Assembly (NCBI RefSeq): GCF_045037415.1
Contig: NZ_CP173438.1
Reading direction: 5' to 3' (one strand)
DNA: 64,000 nucleotides
Origin: Escherichia coli
GTDB taxonomy: Bacteria; Pseudomonadota; Gammaproteobacteria; Enterobacterales; Enterobacteriaceae
The notes beneath the pieces were generated by a model. That model had not been told where the DNA came from, searched no databases, and saw nothing but the letters and a program-made list of their open reading frames with translations. Within the stretch, counting starts at the first letter, position 1. Every line of letters begins with the position of its first letter. A program made the translations under genes and the position numbers. Positions 1-11,583 of the stretch are shown here, piece by piece.

Positions 1-494
1 AAGGAGTAACAGATTGTGGTACCGACAAACTTAAAACCACGTTTTTTTAGTGCCTTAGATAGGGCGTCGGAGGCGGGTGTAGATGTGGGGATTTCGCTCA
101 ACGTTGTGGCTTGTGTCACCTGTGGTTGATGATTGACAAACGACCAGACAAAGTCGGCAAACGGTTCGCCGTTCTGTTCCATTTGCAGGTACGCCCGCGC
201 ATTACCAATAATTGCCTGAATTTTCCCACGATGGCGGATAATCCCGGCGTCCTGTACCAGTCTTTCGACATCCTCTTCCTGCATTGCGGCAACTTTCACC
301 GGATCGAACTGATGAAAGCATGCGCGATAGTTTTCGCGTTTTTTGAGGACGGTGATCCACGATAACCCAGCCTGCTGCCCTTCCAGGCAGATCATTTCGA
401 ACAGTTTTTTACTGTCAGTTTCAGGCACGCCCCATTCATTATCATGGTAGGCAATATAAAGCGGGTCCTGACTCACCCAGCCGCAACGTTCCAT
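1..494 (-). CDS. tag: DNA-3-methyladenine glycosylase I (partial; 3' end runs off window start)
   Basis: Minus-strand translation from ATG near 494 reads MERCGWVSQDPLYIAYHDNEWGVPETDSKKLFEMICLEGQQAGLSWITVLKKRENY..., matching Tag. Absent from the ORF track because the frame runs off the window edge. Confidence 0.8.
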   Translation of the reverse strand, partial: MERCGWVSQDPLYIAYHDNEWGVPETDSKKLFEMICLEGQQAGLSWITVLKKRENYRACFHQFDPVKVAAMQEEDVERLVQDAGIIRHRGKIQAIIGNARAYLQMEQNGEPFADFVWSFVNHQPQVTQATTLSEIPTSTPASDALSKALKKRGFKFVGTTICYS

Positions 495-651
495 ACTTTC
501 CCTCGCTATGTACCCGATCGTAAAAATTTCAGCCGCTTTTCTTGACGCATCGGTGAAAAAGTCAATATTTAATACAGGGCTACTATGCCCGATATCCTTC
601 ATACAATGACAATAATATTGCCGAATTCGGCTCTTCCCTGGAGTCGTGTTA

Positions 652-1350
652 ATGATCATAAAAAAAAGCGGTGGTCGCTGGCAGCTAAGCCTGCTTGCGA
701 GCGTGGTAATCAGTGCCTTTTTTCTCAACACAGCTTACGCCTGGCAACAAGAATATATCGTTGATACGCAACCCGGACATTCCACAGAGCGTTACACCTG
801 GGATAGCGATCATCAACCTGATTACAACGATATTTTGTCGCAACGTATTCAAAGTAGCCAAAGGGCGCTGGGACTGGAAGTCAATCTGGCGGAAGAAACC
901 CCTGTGGATGTGACCAGCAGTATGAGTATGGGCTGGAATTTTCCTTTATATGAGCAGGTTACAACCGGCCCGGTCGCGGCATTACATTACGATGGCACAA
1001 CCACCTCGATGTATAACGAGTTTGGCGACAGTACTACCACGCTGGCCGATCCGTTATGGCATGCCAGCGTGAGTACCTTAGGCTGGCGTGTTGACTCCCG
1101 GCTTGGCGATCTCCGACCCTGGGCGCAAATCAGCTATAACCAGCAATTTGGCGAGAATATCTGGAAGGCGCAATCAGGCCTGAGCCGGATGACGGCGACA
1201 AACCAGAACGGCAACTGGCTGGATGTCACCGTAGGCGCTGATATGTTGCTCAATCAAAATATTGCTGCCTATGCTGCGCTATCTCAGGCAGAAAATACCA
1301 CTAACAATAGCGACTATCTGTATACGATGGGGGTTAGTGCCAGATTTTAA
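652..1350 (+). CDS. yhjY: YhjY, autotransporter beta-domain-like outer membrane protein
   Basis: ORF 646..1350 (GTG start in track); ATG at codon 3 gives 232 aa with a signal-peptide-like N-terminus, matching YhjY. Divergent from tag. Confidence 0.8.
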   Translation: MIIKKSGGRWQLSLLASVVISAFFLNTAYAWQQEYIVDTQPGHSTERYTWDSDHQPDYNDILSQRIQSSQRALGLEVNLAEETPVDVTSSMSMGWNFPLYEQVTTGPVAALHYDGTTTSMYNEFGDSTTTLADPLWHASVSTLGWRVDSRLGDLRPWAQISYNQQFGENIWKAQSGLSRMTATNQNGNWLDVTVGADMLLNQNIAAYAALSQAENTTNNSDYLYTMGVSARF

Positions 1351-1464
1351 CGTTATAGATACAATTGAAACCCATAAATAACAACTAATGTGGCGATAGT
1401 GGGGACTAACTTACTAAATAATAAATTTGGCGAATAATTGTCGAGTCATTCATTCCTGAACTAA

Positions 1465-1496
1465 TGCATTTCATTCCGTTCTGATGGCATTTCATG
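1465..1496 (+). promoter_or_regulatory. Direct repeat (GCATTTCAT, about 12-nt spacer, GCATTTCAT) upstream of yhjX; candidate YpdB response-regulator site
   Basis: Two copies of GCATTTCAT about 21 bp apart (start to start), roughly 85-115 bp upstream of the yhjX ATG. As I recall it, the published YpdB motif in the yhjX promoter is GGCATTTCAT-N11-GGCATTTCAT. Confidence 0.4.
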
Positions 1497-1578
1497 CCGT
1501 TTTTCCCCAGGCATAAAGCGCACTTCGTTATGGTTGTCAGCAGAGATTTTTCCTTTTTATTACTGCAGGAATACTGCC

Positions 1579-2787
1579 ATGACACCTTCAAATTATCAGC
1601 GTACTCGCTGGCTGACACTCATCGGTACTATCATTACCCAGTTTGCTCTGGGGTCGGTTTATACCTGGAGTCTGTTTAACGGTGCGCTTTCTGCCAAGCT
1701 GGGGGCTCCTGTAAGCCAGGTTGCTTTCTCTTTCGGCTTGTTAAGTCTGGGGCTGGCAATTTCGTCTTCTGTTGCGGGCAAATTGCAGGAACGTTTTGGT
1801 GTTAAACGCGTCACTATGGCTTCCGGCATTTTGCTGGGATTAGGTTTCTTCCTGACAGCACATTCCAACAACCTGATGATGCTGTGGTTAAGCGCCGGTG
1901 TGTTGGTTGGTCTGGCGGATGGTGCGGGTTACCTGTTGACGCTCTCTAACTGCGTGAAGTGGTTTCCGGAGCGTAAGGGACTTATCTCTGCTTTTGCTAT
2001 CGGTTCTTATGGTCTGGGCAGCCTGGGTTTTAAATTTATCGACACGCACCTGCTCGAAACGGTGGGTCTGGAAAAAACCTTTGTTATTTGGGGCGCGATT
2101 GTACTGGTGATGATTGTCTTTGGCGCAACGTTAATGAAAGATGCGCCGAAGCAGGAAGTGAAAACCAGCAATGGTGTGGTGGAGAAGGACTACACCCTGG
2201 CAGAGTCGATGCGTAAACCGCAGTACTGGATGTTAGCGGTTATGTTCCTGACTGCGTGCATGAGTGGTCTGTATGTGATTGGTGTAGCGAAAGATATCGC
2301 TCAAAGTCTGGCGCATCTTGATGCAATTTCCGCAGCCAATGCTGTGACGGTTATTTCCATCGCCAACCTTTCTGGTCGTCTGGTGCTGGGCATTCTGTCT
2401 GACAAAATCGCCCGTATCCGTGTTATCACCATTGGTCAGGTGATTGCGCTGGTGGGTATGGCGGCCCTGCTGTTTGCACCATTGAATGCAGTGACGTTCT
2501 TTGCAGCGATTGCCTGTGTGGCATTTAACTTTGGTGGCACGATTACGGTGTTCCCGTCACTGGTCAGTGAGTTCTTCGGCCTCAATAACCTGGCGAAAAA
2601 CTACGGCGTCATTTACCTCGGTTTCGGTATCGGCAGCATTTGTGGTTCGATTATCGCTTCACTGTTTGGCGGATTCTATGTGACTTTCTACGTGATTTTC
2701 GCCCTGCTGATTCTGTCACTGGCGCTTTCTACGACCATTCGCCAGCCAGAGCAGAAAATGTTGCGTGAGGCGCATGGCTCCCTTTAA
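1579..2787 (+). CDS. yhjX: MFS transporter YhjX (pyruvate-inducible)
   Basis: ORF 1534..2787 trimmed to ATG at 1579 (MTPSNYQRTRWLTL...), 402 aa, multi-TM MFS-like. Confidence 0.9.
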   Translation: MTPSNYQRTRWLTLIGTIITQFALGSVYTWSLFNGALSAKLGAPVSQVAFSFGLLSLGLAISSSVAGKLQERFGVKRVTMASGILLGLGFFLTAHSNNLMMLWLSAGVLVGLADGAGYLLTLSNCVKWFPERKGLISAFAIGSYGLGSLGFKFIDTHLLETVGLEKTFVIWGAIVLVMIVFGATLMKDAPKQEVKTSNGVVEKDYTLAESMRKPQYWMLAVMFLTACMSGLYVIGVAKDIAQSLAHLDAISAANAVTVISIANLSGRLVLGILSDKIARIRVITIGQVIALVGMAALLFAPLNAVTFFAAIACVAFNFGGTITVFPSLVSEFFGLNNLAKNYGVIYLGFGIGSICGSIIASLFGGFYVTFYVIFALLILSLALSTTIRQPEQKMLREAHGSL

Positions 2788-2871
2788 TGCTCAGCCGTGA
2801 GCTACTGGGCTTCAGCTTCAGTGTGCATCAAACGCATCAACGAAATGTATAAACAATAACGCGTAAAATTT

Positions 2872-2895
2872 GGGCCAGTTAACTGGCCCTTTTTA
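2872..2895 (+). terminator. Rho-independent terminator downstream of yhjX
   Basis: GGGCCAGTT/AACTGGCCC inverted repeat followed by a T-run. Confidence 0.5.
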
Positions 2896-3110
2896 CTGCT
2901 TTTTGTAACGCTAAAGTCTCTTTTCAAACTTGCATTTTTGTAAATTTGTGCTTCGTGCACACTCTTTCCCCACACTTTTTCCCTTTGCTGTGGTCTACTT
3001 ATTCGCGCGTGTAGATTTTACTTATCTGACTACCTCCGCACTTTTCCCCTGCCTGGCCTGAAAAGCCACTAAGCAGGGTGTTATCACCTGTTTGTCCAGG
3101 GTTTGTTTGC

Positions 3111-4802
3111 ATGAGATACATCAAATCGATTACACAGCAGAAGCTGAGCTTTTTGCTTGCAATCTATATTGGCCTTTTTATGAATGGCGCGGTTTTTTAC
3201 CGCCGCTTTGGCAGCTATGCGCACGATTTTACCGTCTGGAAAGGCATTTCTGCTGTTGTTGAACTGGCCGCCACCGTACTGGTGACCTTCTTTTTACTGC
3301 GTCTGCTTTCGCTGTTTGGCCGCCGCAGCTGGCGTATTCTGGCATCGCTGGTGGTGCTCTTTTCTGCAGGTGCCAGCTATTACATGACCTTCCTTAATGT
3401 AGTCATTGGTTATGGCATCATCGCATCCGTCATGACCACCGATATCGACCTGTCAAAAGAAGTTGTTGGTCTGAACTTTATTCTCTGGTTAATCGCCGTA
3501 AGCGCGTTGCCTCTTATCCTTATCTGGAATAACCGCTGTCGTTACACCTTGCTCCGACAACTGCGAACCCCAGGGCAACGTATTCGCAGCCTGGCGGTCG
3601 TCGTACTGGCAGGTATTATGGTTTGGGCACCGATTCGTTTGCTGGATATCCAGCAGAAGAAAGTGGAGAGGGCGACAGGTGTTGATTTGCCGAGTTATGG
3701 CGGCGTCGTCGCGAACTCTTATCTGCCATCAAACTGGCTTTCGGCATTAGGTCTTTATGCCTGGGCGCGGGTCGATGAATCTTCCGATAACAATTCTCTC
3801 CTTAACCCTGCGAAGAAGTTTACGTACCAGGCTCCACAAAACGTTGATGATACATATGTCGTTTTCATTATTGGTGAAACCACGCGCTGGGATCATATGG
3901 GCATTTTCGGCTATGAACGCAATACCACACCGAAACTGGCTCAGGAGAAAAATCTGGCGGCGTTCCGTGGTTACTCCTGTGATACTGCAACCAAACTCTC
4001 ACTGCGTTGCATGTTTGTACGTCAGGGTGGAGCAGAAGATAATCCGCAGCGCACATTAAAAGAACAGAACATTTTCGCGGTATTGAAGCAGTTAGGATTC
4101 AGTTCTGATCTCTACGCTATGCAAAGCGAAATGTGGTTCTACAGCAATACGATGGCGGACAACATTGCTTATCGTGAGCAGATTGGTGCGGAGCCACGTA
4201 ACCGTGGCAAACCGGTAGATGATATGTTGCTGGTAGACGAAATGCAGCAATCGCTGGGGCGCAACCCGGATGGTAAGCATCTGATCATTCTGCATACCAA
4301 AGGCTCACACTTTAACTACACCCAGCGTTACCCGCGCAGCTTTGCGCAGTGGAAGCCGGAATGTATTGGTGTTGATAGCGGCTGTACCAAAGCGCAGATG
4401 ATCAACTCATACGACAACTCGGTGACCTATGTGGATCACTTTATTTCCAGCGTGATTGATCAGGTTCGCGATAAGAAAGCGATTGTGTTCTATGCAGCTG
4501 ACCACGGTGAGTCAATTAATGAACGCGAGCACCTGCACGGCACGCCGCGTGAACTGGCACCGCCGGAACAGTTCCGTGTGCCGATGATGGTCTGGATGTC
4601 GGATAAATATCTGGAAAATCCGGTCAATGCGCAGGCATTTGCGCAGCTGAAAAAAGAAGCCGACATGAAAGTGCCACGCCGTCATGTAGAGCTGTACGAC
4701 ACCATCATGGGTTGTCTTGGCTATACTTCACCGGATGGTGGAATTAACGAAAACAACAACTGGTGCCACATCCCGCAGGCAAGAGAGGCGGCGGCTAACT
4801 AA
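3111..4802 (+). CDS. eptB: Kdo2-lipid A phosphoethanolamine transferase EptB
   Basis: ORF 3078..4802 trimmed to ATG at 3111 ([17 protein letters not shown]...), 563 aa; N-terminal TM region plus sulfatase-like domain. Confidence 0.9.
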   Translation: MRYIKSITQQKLSFLLAIYIGLFMNGAVFYRRFGSYAHDFTVWKGISAVVELAATVLVTFFLLRLLSLFGRRSWRILASLVVLFSAGASYYMTFLNVVIGYGIIASVMTTDIDLSKEVVGLNFILWLIAVSALPLILIWNNRCRYTLLRQLRTPGQRIRSLAVVVLAGIMVWAPIRLLDIQQKKVERATGVDLPSYGGVVANSYLPSNWLSALGLYAWARVDESSDNNSLLNPAKKFTYQAPQNVDDTYVVFIIGETTRWDHMGIFGYERNTTPKLAQEKNLAAFRGYSCDTATKLSLRCMFVRQGGAEDNPQRTLKEQNIFAVLKQLGFSSDLYAMQSEMWFYSNTMADNIAYREQIGAEPRNRGKPVDDMLLVDEMQQSLGRNPDGKHLIILHTKGSHFNYTQRYPRSFAQWKPECIGVDSGCTKAQMINSYDNSVTYVDHFISSVIDQVRDKKAIVFYAADHGESINEREHLHGTPRELAPPEQFRVPMMVWMSDKYLENPVNAQAFAQLKKEADMKVPRRHVELYDTIMGCLGYTSPDGGINENNNWCHIPQAREAAAN

Positions 4803-4852
4803 GAGGCCTGCTGACTTTCTCGCCGATCAAAAGGCATTTTGCTATTAAGGGA

Positions 4853-4881
4853 TTGACGAGGGCGTATCTGCGCAGTAAGAT
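4853..4881 (+). promoter_or_regulatory. Candidate sigma70 promoter of proK
   Basis: TTGACG (-35), 17-bp spacer, TAAGAT (-10), then a GC-rich discriminator (GCGCCCCGC) immediately before the tRNA start, typical of stringently controlled tRNA promoters. Confidence 0.5.
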
Positions 4882-4893
4882 GCGCCCCGCATT

Positions 4894-4970
<77 letters not shown>

Positions 4971-4976
4971 AATTCG

Positions 4977-5006
4977 AAAAGCCTGCTCAACGAGCAGGCT
5001 TTTTTG
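4977..5006 (+). terminator. Rho-independent terminator of proK
   Basis: GCCTGCTC-AACG-GAGCAGGC hairpin followed by TTTTTTG directly after the tRNA. Confidence 0.7.
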
Positions 5007-5054
5007 CATCTGTAACTCATGAGGAAGAGAACCCCCGGGGGCGGGGAGGTTCGA

Positions 5055-5140
5055 CTCGACGTAGGCCTGATAAGACGCACCAGCGTCGCATCAGGCAAAT
5101 GTACCGGCCCATTGTCGGATGCGGCGCGACCGCCTTATCC
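5055..5140. repeat. REP (repetitive extragenic palindromic) elements
   Basis: GCCTGATAAGACGCACCAGCGTCGCATCAGGC and CGGATGCGGCGCGACCGCCTTATCCGA imperfect palindromes, typical REP sequence family. Confidence 0.5.
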
Positions 5141-5713
5141 GATCTACACACCACACATTTCCCTGTCAAATTTGCGCCCCATATCTCACTATCCATTAAC
5201 GGATTTGTGACAGAAACCATTGTCTTTTTTTATATTTGCTTAAATCTTTTTTTGCGTTACTTATGGCTGGCGCTGGCATTTTCCGCTGTGCGTTTTAGCG
5301 TTCATGGTATTAATCGCTCAGATATCCACCTTTACCTCAGATTTTTTTCATTAAATGCATAAAACTTAATCACCAAATGTTGCTAAATATTAAGCTGATT
5401 GTTCTGGTTGTGTTGGCGTAGCACAAATTTCTCTGCTGCAAATAGCTGTTTGAAGTTTTTTTAATCTTTGTTTGTGGATTCTCACCGTTGGTGTAAATCC
5501 CGGTTGGCTGTATTGACGTTTTCACATTCTGTTGACAGATTGTAGGTCACGAGGGGCATTTTATGGAGGATCCGCACTGTTACACTGATGTTAATTAGTA
5601 CGGCATCCCCACCTCATAACGTTGACCCGACCGGGCAAAAAACAAAAAAGGTCAGGCAGCGACAACCCACTGCAAAGGGTTAAAACAACAAACATCACAA
5701 TTGGAGCAGAATA

Positions 5714-7321
5714 ATGCGTATTTCCTTGAAAAAGTCAGGGATGCTGAAGCTTGGTCTCAGCCTGGTGGCTATGACCGTCGCAGCAAGTGTTCAGGCTAAA
5801 ACTCTGGTTTATTGCTCAGAAGGATCTCCGGAAGGGTTTAACCCGCAGCTGTTTACCTCCGGCACCACCTATGACGCCTCTTCCGTACCGCTTTATAACC
5901 GTCTGGTTGAATTTAAAATCGGCACCACTGAAGTCATCCCGGGCCTCGCTGAAAAGTGGGAAGTCAGTGAAGACGGTAAAACCTATACCTTCCATCTGCG
6001 TAAAGGTGTGAAGTGGCACGACAATAAAGAATTCAAACCGACGCGCGAACTGAATGCCGATGATGTAGTGTTCTCGTTCGATCGTCAGAAAAACGCGCAA
6101 AACCCGTACCATAAAGTCTCTGGCGGCAGCTACGAATACTTCGAAGGCATGGGCTTGCCAGAGCTGATCAGCGAAGTGAAAAAGGTGGACGATAACACCG
6201 TTCAGTTTGTGCTGACTCGCCCGGAAGCGCCGTTCCTCGCTGACCTGGCAATGGACTTCGCCTCTATTCTGTCAAAAGAATATGCTGACGCGATGATGAA
6301 AGCCGGTACACCGGAAAAACTGGACCTCAACCCAATCGGTACCGGCCCGTTCCAGTTACAGCAGTACCAGAAAGATTCCCGTATTCGCTATAAAGCGTTT
6401 GATGGCTACTGGGGCACCAAACCGAAGATCGATACGCTGGTCTTCTCTATTACTCCTGACGCTTCCGTGCGTTACGCGAAATTGCAGAAGAACGAATGCC
6501 AGGTGATGCCGTACCCGAACCCGGCAGATATCGCCCGCATGAAGCAGGATAAATCCATCAACCTGATGGAAATGCCGGGGCTGAACGTCGGTTATCTCTC
6601 GTATAACGTGCAGAAAAAACCACTGGATGACGTGAAAGTTCGCCAGGCTCTGACCTACGCGGTGAACAAAGACGCCATCATCAAAGCGGTTTATCAGGGC
6701 GCGGGCGTATCAGCGAAAAACCTGATCCCGCCAACCATGTGGGGCTATAACGACGACGTTCAGGACTACACTTACGATCCTGAAAAAGCGAAAGCCTTGC
6801 TGAAAGAAGCGGGTCTGGAAAAAGGTTTCTCCATCGACCTGTGGGCAATGCCGGTACAACGTCCGTATAACCCGAATGCTCGCCGCATGGCGGAGATGAT
6901 TCAGGCAGACTGGGCGAAAGTGGGCGTGCAGGCCAAAATCGTCACCTACGAATGGGGTGAGTACCTCAAGCGTGCGAAAGATGGCGAGCATCAGACGGTA
7001 ATGATGGGCTGGACTGGCGATAACGGGGATCCGGATAACTTCTTCGCCACCCTGTTCAGCTGCGCCGCCTCTGAACAAGGCTCCAACTACTCAAAATGGT
7101 GCTACAAACCGTTTGAAGATCTGATTCAACCGGCGCGTGCTACCGACGACCACAATAAACGTGTTGAACTGTACAAACAAGCACAGGTCGTGATGCACGA
7201 TCAGGCTCCGGCACTGATCATCGCTCACTCCACCGTGTTTGAACCGGTACGCAAAGAAGTTAAAGGCTATGTGGTTGATCCATTAGGCAAACATCACTTC
7301 GAAAATGTCTCTATCGAATAA
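5714..7321 (+). CDS. dppA: Dipeptide ABC transporter periplasmic binding protein DppA
   Basis: 535 aa with signal peptide (MRISLKKSGMLKLGLSLVAMTVAASVQA), recognised as DppA. Long upstream leader region. Confidence 0.95.
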   Translation: MRISLKKSGMLKLGLSLVAMTVAASVQAKTLVYCSEGSPEGFNPQLFTSGTTYDASSVPLYNRLVEFKIGTTEVIPGLAEKWEVSEDGKTYTFHLRKGVKWHDNKEFKPTRELNADDVVFSFDRQKNAQNPYHKVSGGSYEYFEGMGLPELISEVKKVDDNTVQFVLTRPEAPFLADLAMDFASILSKEYADAMMKAGTPEKLDLNPIGTGPFQLQQYQKDSRIRYKAFDGYWGTKPKIDTLVFSITPDASVRYAKLQKNECQVMPYPNPADIARMKQDKSINLMEMPGLNVGYLSYNVQKKPLDDVKVRQALTYAVNKDAIIKAVYQGAGVSAKNLIPPTMWGYNDDVQDYTYDPEKAKALLKEAGLEKGFSIDLWAMPVQRPYNPNARRMAEMIQADWAKVGVQAKIVTYEWGEYLKRAKDGEHQTVMMGWTGDNGDPDNFFATLFSCAASEQGSNYSKWCYKPFEDLIQPARATDDHNKRVELYKQAQVVMHDQAPALIIAHSTVFEPVRKEVKGYVVDPLGKHHFENVSIE

Positions 7322-7354
7322 TTAAAGCCATACAAGACTGATGGCAAAGGCAAA

Positions 7355-7535
7355 ACTGCCTGATGCGCTCCGCTTATCAGGCCTACGAAAACTCTGCAAT
7401 GTATTGAGTTTGCACGATTTTGTAGGTCGGATAAGGCGTTTGCGCCGCATCCGGCATAAACAAAGCGCTCTTTGTCAACAATCTGCATACCCGGTGGCGC
7501 TGTGCCTCTGCGTGCAGCGCCATCCGGCAGCAATA
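7355..7535. repeat. Cluster of REP elements (BIME-like) in the dppA-dppB intergenic region
   Basis: Several GCCTGATGCGC.../GCCGCATCCGGCA... palindromic units. ORF-track entry 7294..7740(-) lies over these repeats and is likely spurious. Confidence 0.5.
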
Positions 7536-7627
7536 CTTCATTCCCTGTCCCACAAGGGCGGGAATTGATTTGTGAGCAATACAGACACGCAGTTCCAGGC
7601 TGCGGGTCACTATAGAGAATCCGGGTT

Positions 7628-8647
7628 ATGTTGCAGTTTATTCTCCGACGTTTGGGACTCGTCATCCCCACGTTTATCGGTATTACCCTTCTCACATTTG
7701 CCTTTGTCCACATGATCCCGGGCGATCCGGTGATGATCATGGCGGGCGAACGTGGGATCTCCCCAGAGCGTCACGCGCAATTGCTGGCTGAACTCGGCTT
7801 AGATAAACCGATGTGGCAGCAGTATCTCCATTACATTTGGGGCGTAATGCACGGTGATTTAGGCATTTCCATGAAAAGCCGAATTCCGGTATGGGAAGAG
7901 TTCGTGCCGCGCTTTCAGGCCACGCTGGAACTTGGCGTCTGCGCGATGATTTTTGCGACCGCAGTCGGGATTCCGGTTGGTGTGCTGGCTGCGGTTAAAC
8001 GTGGTTCCATTTTCGATCACACAGCGGTTGGCCTGGCGCTGACCGGCTACTCGATGCCAATTTTCTGGTGGGGCATGATGTTGATCATGCTGGTTTCGGT
8101 GCACTGGAACCTGACGCCTGTCTCCGGTCGCGTGAGCGACATGGTGTTCCTCGATGATTCCAATCCGTTAACCGGTTTTATGCTGATCGACACCGCCATC
8201 TGGGGTGAAGACGGTAACTTTATCGATGCCGTCGCCCATATGATCCTGCCCGCCATTGTGCTGGGTACTATTCCGCTGGCGGTCATTGTGCGTATGACGC
8301 GCTCCTCGATGCTGGAAGTGCTGGGCGAAGATTATATCCGCACCGCGCGTGCCAAAGGTCTTACCCGGATGCGGGTGATTATCGTCCATGCGCTGCGTAA
8401 CGCGATGCTGCCGGTGGTGACCGTTATCGGCCTGCAGGTGGGAACATTGCTGGCGGGGGCGATTCTGACTGAAACCATCTTCTCGTGGCCGGGTCTGGGG
8501 CGCTGGTTGATTGACGCACTGCAACGCCGCGATTATCCGGTAGTGCAGGGCGGCGTATTGCTGGTGGCGACGATGATTATCCTCGTCAACCTGCTGGTCG
8601 ATCTGCTGTACGGCGTGGTGAACCCGCGTATTCGTCATAAGAAGTAA
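7628..8647 (+). CDS. dppB: Dipeptide ABC transporter permease DppB
   Basis: 339 aa, multi-TM ABC permease; position in dpp operon. Confidence 0.95.
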   Translation: MLQFILRRLGLVIPTFIGITLLTFAFVHMIPGDPVMIMAGERGISPERHAQLLAELGLDKPMWQQYLHYIWGVMHGDLGISMKSRIPVWEEFVPRFQATLELGVCAMIFATAVGIPVGVLAAVKRGSIFDHTAVGLALTGYSMPIFWWGMMLIMLVSVHWNLTPVSGRVSDMVFLDDSNPLTGFMLIDTAIWGEDGNFIDAVAHMILPAIVLGTIPLAVIVRMTRSSMLEVLGEDYIRTARAKGLTRMRVIIVHALRNAMLPVVTVIGLQVGTLLAGAILTETIFSWPGLGRWLIDALQRRDYPVVQGGVLLVATMIILVNLLVDLLYGVVNPRIRHKK

Positions 8648-8656
8648 GGGGGCATC

Positions 8657-9559
8657 ATGTCACAGGTTACTGAAAATAAAGTGATTAGCGCACCGGTGCC
8701 GATGACCCCGTTACAGGAGTTCTGGCACTATTTTAAACGCAACAAAGGCGCGGTTGTCGGGCTGGTTTACGTCGTCATCGTGCTGTTTATCGCGATCTTT
8801 GCCAACTGGATTGCACCCTATAACCCAGCGGAACAGTTCCGCGATGCACTGCTTGCCCCGCCTGCCTGGCAGGAAGGCGGCAGCATGGCGCACTTGCTGG
8901 GCACTGATGACGTGGGGCGTGATGTGCTGTCGCGGCTGATGTACGGCGCGCGCTTGTCGCTGCTGGTTGGCTGTCTGGTAGTGGTGTTATCGCTGATTAT
9001 GGGCGTTATTCTCGGCCTGATCGCTGGTTACTTTGGCGGTCTGGTCGATAACATCATCATGCGCGTGGTCGATATCATGCTGGCGCTGCCAAGTCTACTG
9101 CTGGCACTGGTGCTGGTGGCGATTTTCGGCCCGTCGATTGGTAACGCCGCGCTGGCGCTAACCTTCGTTGCGCTGCCGCATTATGTGCGCTTAACCCGCG
9201 CCGCCGTGCTGGTGGAAGTTAACCGCGATTACGTCACCGCGTCTCGCGTGGCGGGTGCCGGGGCAATGCGCCAGATGTTTATTAACATCTTCCCGAACTG
9301 CCTTGCGCCGCTGATTGTTCAGGCGTCGCTCGGTTTCTCTAACGCCATTCTCGATATGGCTGCTCTTGGTTTCCTCGGCATGGGCGCGCAGCCGCCAACG
9401 CCGGAGTGGGGCACCATGCTCTCTGACGTGTTGCAGTTCGCGCAAAGCGCCTGGTGGGTCGTGACCTTCCCGGGTCTGGCGATCCTGCTGACGGTGCTGG
9501 CATTTAACCTGATGGGTGACGGTCTGCGTGACGCGCTCGATCCCAAACTGAAGCAGTAA
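8657..9559 (+). CDS. dppC: Dipeptide ABC transporter permease DppC
   Basis: 300 aa, multi-TM ABC permease; operon context. Confidence 0.95.
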   Translation: MSQVTENKVISAPVPMTPLQEFWHYFKRNKGAVVGLVYVVIVLFIAIFANWIAPYNPAEQFRDALLAPPAWQEGGSMAHLLGTDDVGRDVLSRLMYGARLSLLVGCLVVVLSLIMGVILGLIAGYFGGLVDNIIMRVVDIMLALPSLLLALVLVAIFGPSIGNAALALTFVALPHYVRLTRAAVLVEVNRDYVTASRVAGAGAMRQMFINIFPNCLAPLIVQASLGFSNAILDMAALGFLGMGAQPPTPEWGTMLSDVLQFAQSAWWVVTFPGLAILLTVLAFNLMGDGLRDALDPKLKQ

Positions 9560-9569
9560 GAGGTTCGAG

Positions 9570-10553
9570 ATGGCGTTATTAAATGTAGATAAATTATCGG
9601 TGCATTTCGGCGACGAAAGCGCACCGTTCCGCGCTGTAGACCGCATCAGCTACAGCGTAAAACAGGGTGAAGTGGTCGGGATTGTGGGTGAGTCCGGCTC
9701 TGGTAAATCGGTCAGTTCGCTGGCGATTATGGGGCTGATTGATTATCCGGGCCGCGTAATGGCGGAAAAGCTGGAGTTTAACGGTCAGGATTTGCAGCGT
9801 ATCTCAGAAAAAGAGCGCCGCAACCTGGTGGGTGCCGAAGTGGCAATGATCTTCCAGGACCCGATGACCAGCCTTAACCCGTGCTACACCGTGGGTTTCC
9901 AGATTATGGAAGCGATTAAGGTGCATCAAGGCGGCAACAAAAGTACCCGCCGTCAGCGAGCGATTGACCTGCTGAATCTGGTCGGTATTCCCGATCCGGC
10001 ATCGCGTCTGGATGTTTACCCGCATCAGCTTTCCGGCGGCATGAGCCAGCGCGTGATGATCGCCATGGCGATTGCCTGTCGGCCAAAACTGCTGATTGCC
10101 GATGAACCAACCACTGCGCTGGACGTGACCATTCAGGCGCAAATTATCGAACTGCTGCTGGAGCTACAGCAGAAAGAGAACATGGCGCTGGTGTTAATTA
10201 CCCATGACCTGGCGCTGGTGGCGGAAGCGGCACATAAAATTATCGTGATGTATGCAGGCCAGGTAGTAGAAACGGGCGATGCGCACGCTATCTTCCATGC
10301 GCCGCGTCACCCGTATACTCAGGCATTGCTGCGTGCGCTGCCGGAATTTGCTCAGGACAAAGAACGTCTGGCGTCGTTGCCAGGTGTCGTTCCCGGCAAG
10401 TACGACCGCCCGAACGGCTGCCTGCTTAACCCGCGCTGCCCCTACGCCACTGACAAATGCCGTGCTGAAGAACCGGCGCTGAATATGCTCGCTGACGGGC
10501 GTCAGTCCAAATGCCATTACCCACTTGATGATGCCGGGAGGCCGACACTATGA
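9570..10553 (+). CDS. dppD: Dipeptide ABC transporter ATP-binding protein DppD
   Basis: 327 aa, Walker [12 protein letters not shown] signature LSGGMSQR; 4-bp overlap with dppF. Confidence 0.95.
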   Translation: MALLNVDKLSVHFGDESAPFRAVDRISYSVKQGEVVGIVGESGSGKSVSSLAIMGLIDYPGRVMAEKLEFNGQDLQRISEKERRNLVGAEVAMIFQDPMTSLNPCYTVGFQIMEAIKVHQGGNKSTRRQRAIDLLNLVGIPDPASRLDVYPHQLSGGMSQRVMIAMAIACRPKLLIADEPTTALDVTIQAQIIELLLELQQKENMALVLITHDLALVAEAAHKIIVMYAGQVVETGDAHAIFHAPRHPYTQALLRALPEFAQDKERLASLPGVVPGKYDRPNGCLLNPRCPYATDKCRAEEPALNMLADGRQSKCHYPLDDAGRPTL

Positions 10554-11554
10554 GTACGCATGAGGCCACCCCGCAACAACCGCTGTTGCAGGCTATCGAC
10601 CTGAAAAAACATTATCCGGTGAAGAAAGGCATGTTCGCGCCGGAACGTCTGGTGAAGGCGCTGGATGGCGTTTCGTTTAACCTTGAACGTGGCAAAACGC
10701 TGGCAGTAGTAGGTGAATCTGGCTGCGGTAAATCGACCCTAGGTCGGTTGCTGACGATGATTGAAACGCCCACCGGCGGCGAACTGTATTACCAGGGGCA
10801 GGATCTGCTCAAGCACGATCCGCAGGCGCAGAAGCTACGTCGGCAGAAAATCCAGATTGTCTTCCAGAACCCTTACGGTTCGCTGAATCCGCGTAAAAAA
10901 GTTGGGCAGATTCTCGAAGAGCCGCTGCTGATCAACACCAGCTTAAGCAAAGAACAGCGTCGGGAAAAAGCCCTGTCGATGATGGCGAAAGTCGGCCTGA
11001 AAACCGAGCATTATGACCGCTATCCGCATATGTTCTCCGGCGGTCAGCGTCAGCGTATCGCCATTGCCCGAGGTCTGATGCTCGACCCGGATGTGGTGAT
11101 TGCCGATGAGCCGGTTTCCGCGCTGGACGTCTCAGTGCGTGCGCAGGTGCTGAATCTGATGATGGATTTGCAGCAGGAACTGGGGCTATCTTATGTCTTT
11201 ATCTCGCACGATCTGTCGGTGGTGGAGCACATTGCTGATGAAGTGATGGTGATGTACCTGGGCCGCTGCGTGGAGAAGGGGACGAAGGACCAAATCTTCA
11301 ATAACCCGCGCCACCCGTACACTCAGGCGCTGCTCTCCGCGACACCACGCCTGAACCCGGACGATCGTCGCGAACGCATCAAACTTACCGGTGAACTGCC
11401 AAGCCCGCTGAATCCACCGCCAGGCTGCGCCTTCAACGCCCGCTGTCGTCGGCGCTTCGGCCCCTGCATCCAGTTGCAGCCGCAGCTAAAAGACTACGGC
11501 GGTCAACTGGTAGCTTGTTTTGCCGTTGATCAGGATGAAAATCCGCAGCGTTAA
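10550..11554 (+). CDS. dppF: Dipeptide ABC transporter ATP-binding protein DppF
   Basis: 334 aa, Walker [13 protein letters not shown] signature FSGGQRQR. Confidence 0.95.
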   Translation: MSTHEATPQQPLLQAIDLKKHYPVKKGMFAPERLVKALDGVSFNLERGKTLAVVGESGCGKSTLGRLLTMIETPTGGELYYQGQDLLKHDPQAQKLRRQKIQIVFQNPYGSLNPRKKVGQILEEPLLINTSLSKEQRREKALSMMAKVGLKTEHYDRYPHMFSGGQRQRIAIARGLMLDPDVVIADEPVSALDVSVRAQVLNLMMDLQQELGLSYVFISHDLSVVEHIADEVMVMYLGRCVEKGTKDQIFNNPRHPYTQALLSATPRLNPDDRRERIKLTGELPSPLNPPPGCAFNARCRRRFGPCIQLQPQLKDYGGQLVACFAVDQDENPQR

Positions 11555-11583
11555 CTCACAAAACCGGGGCCATGCGCTCCGGT

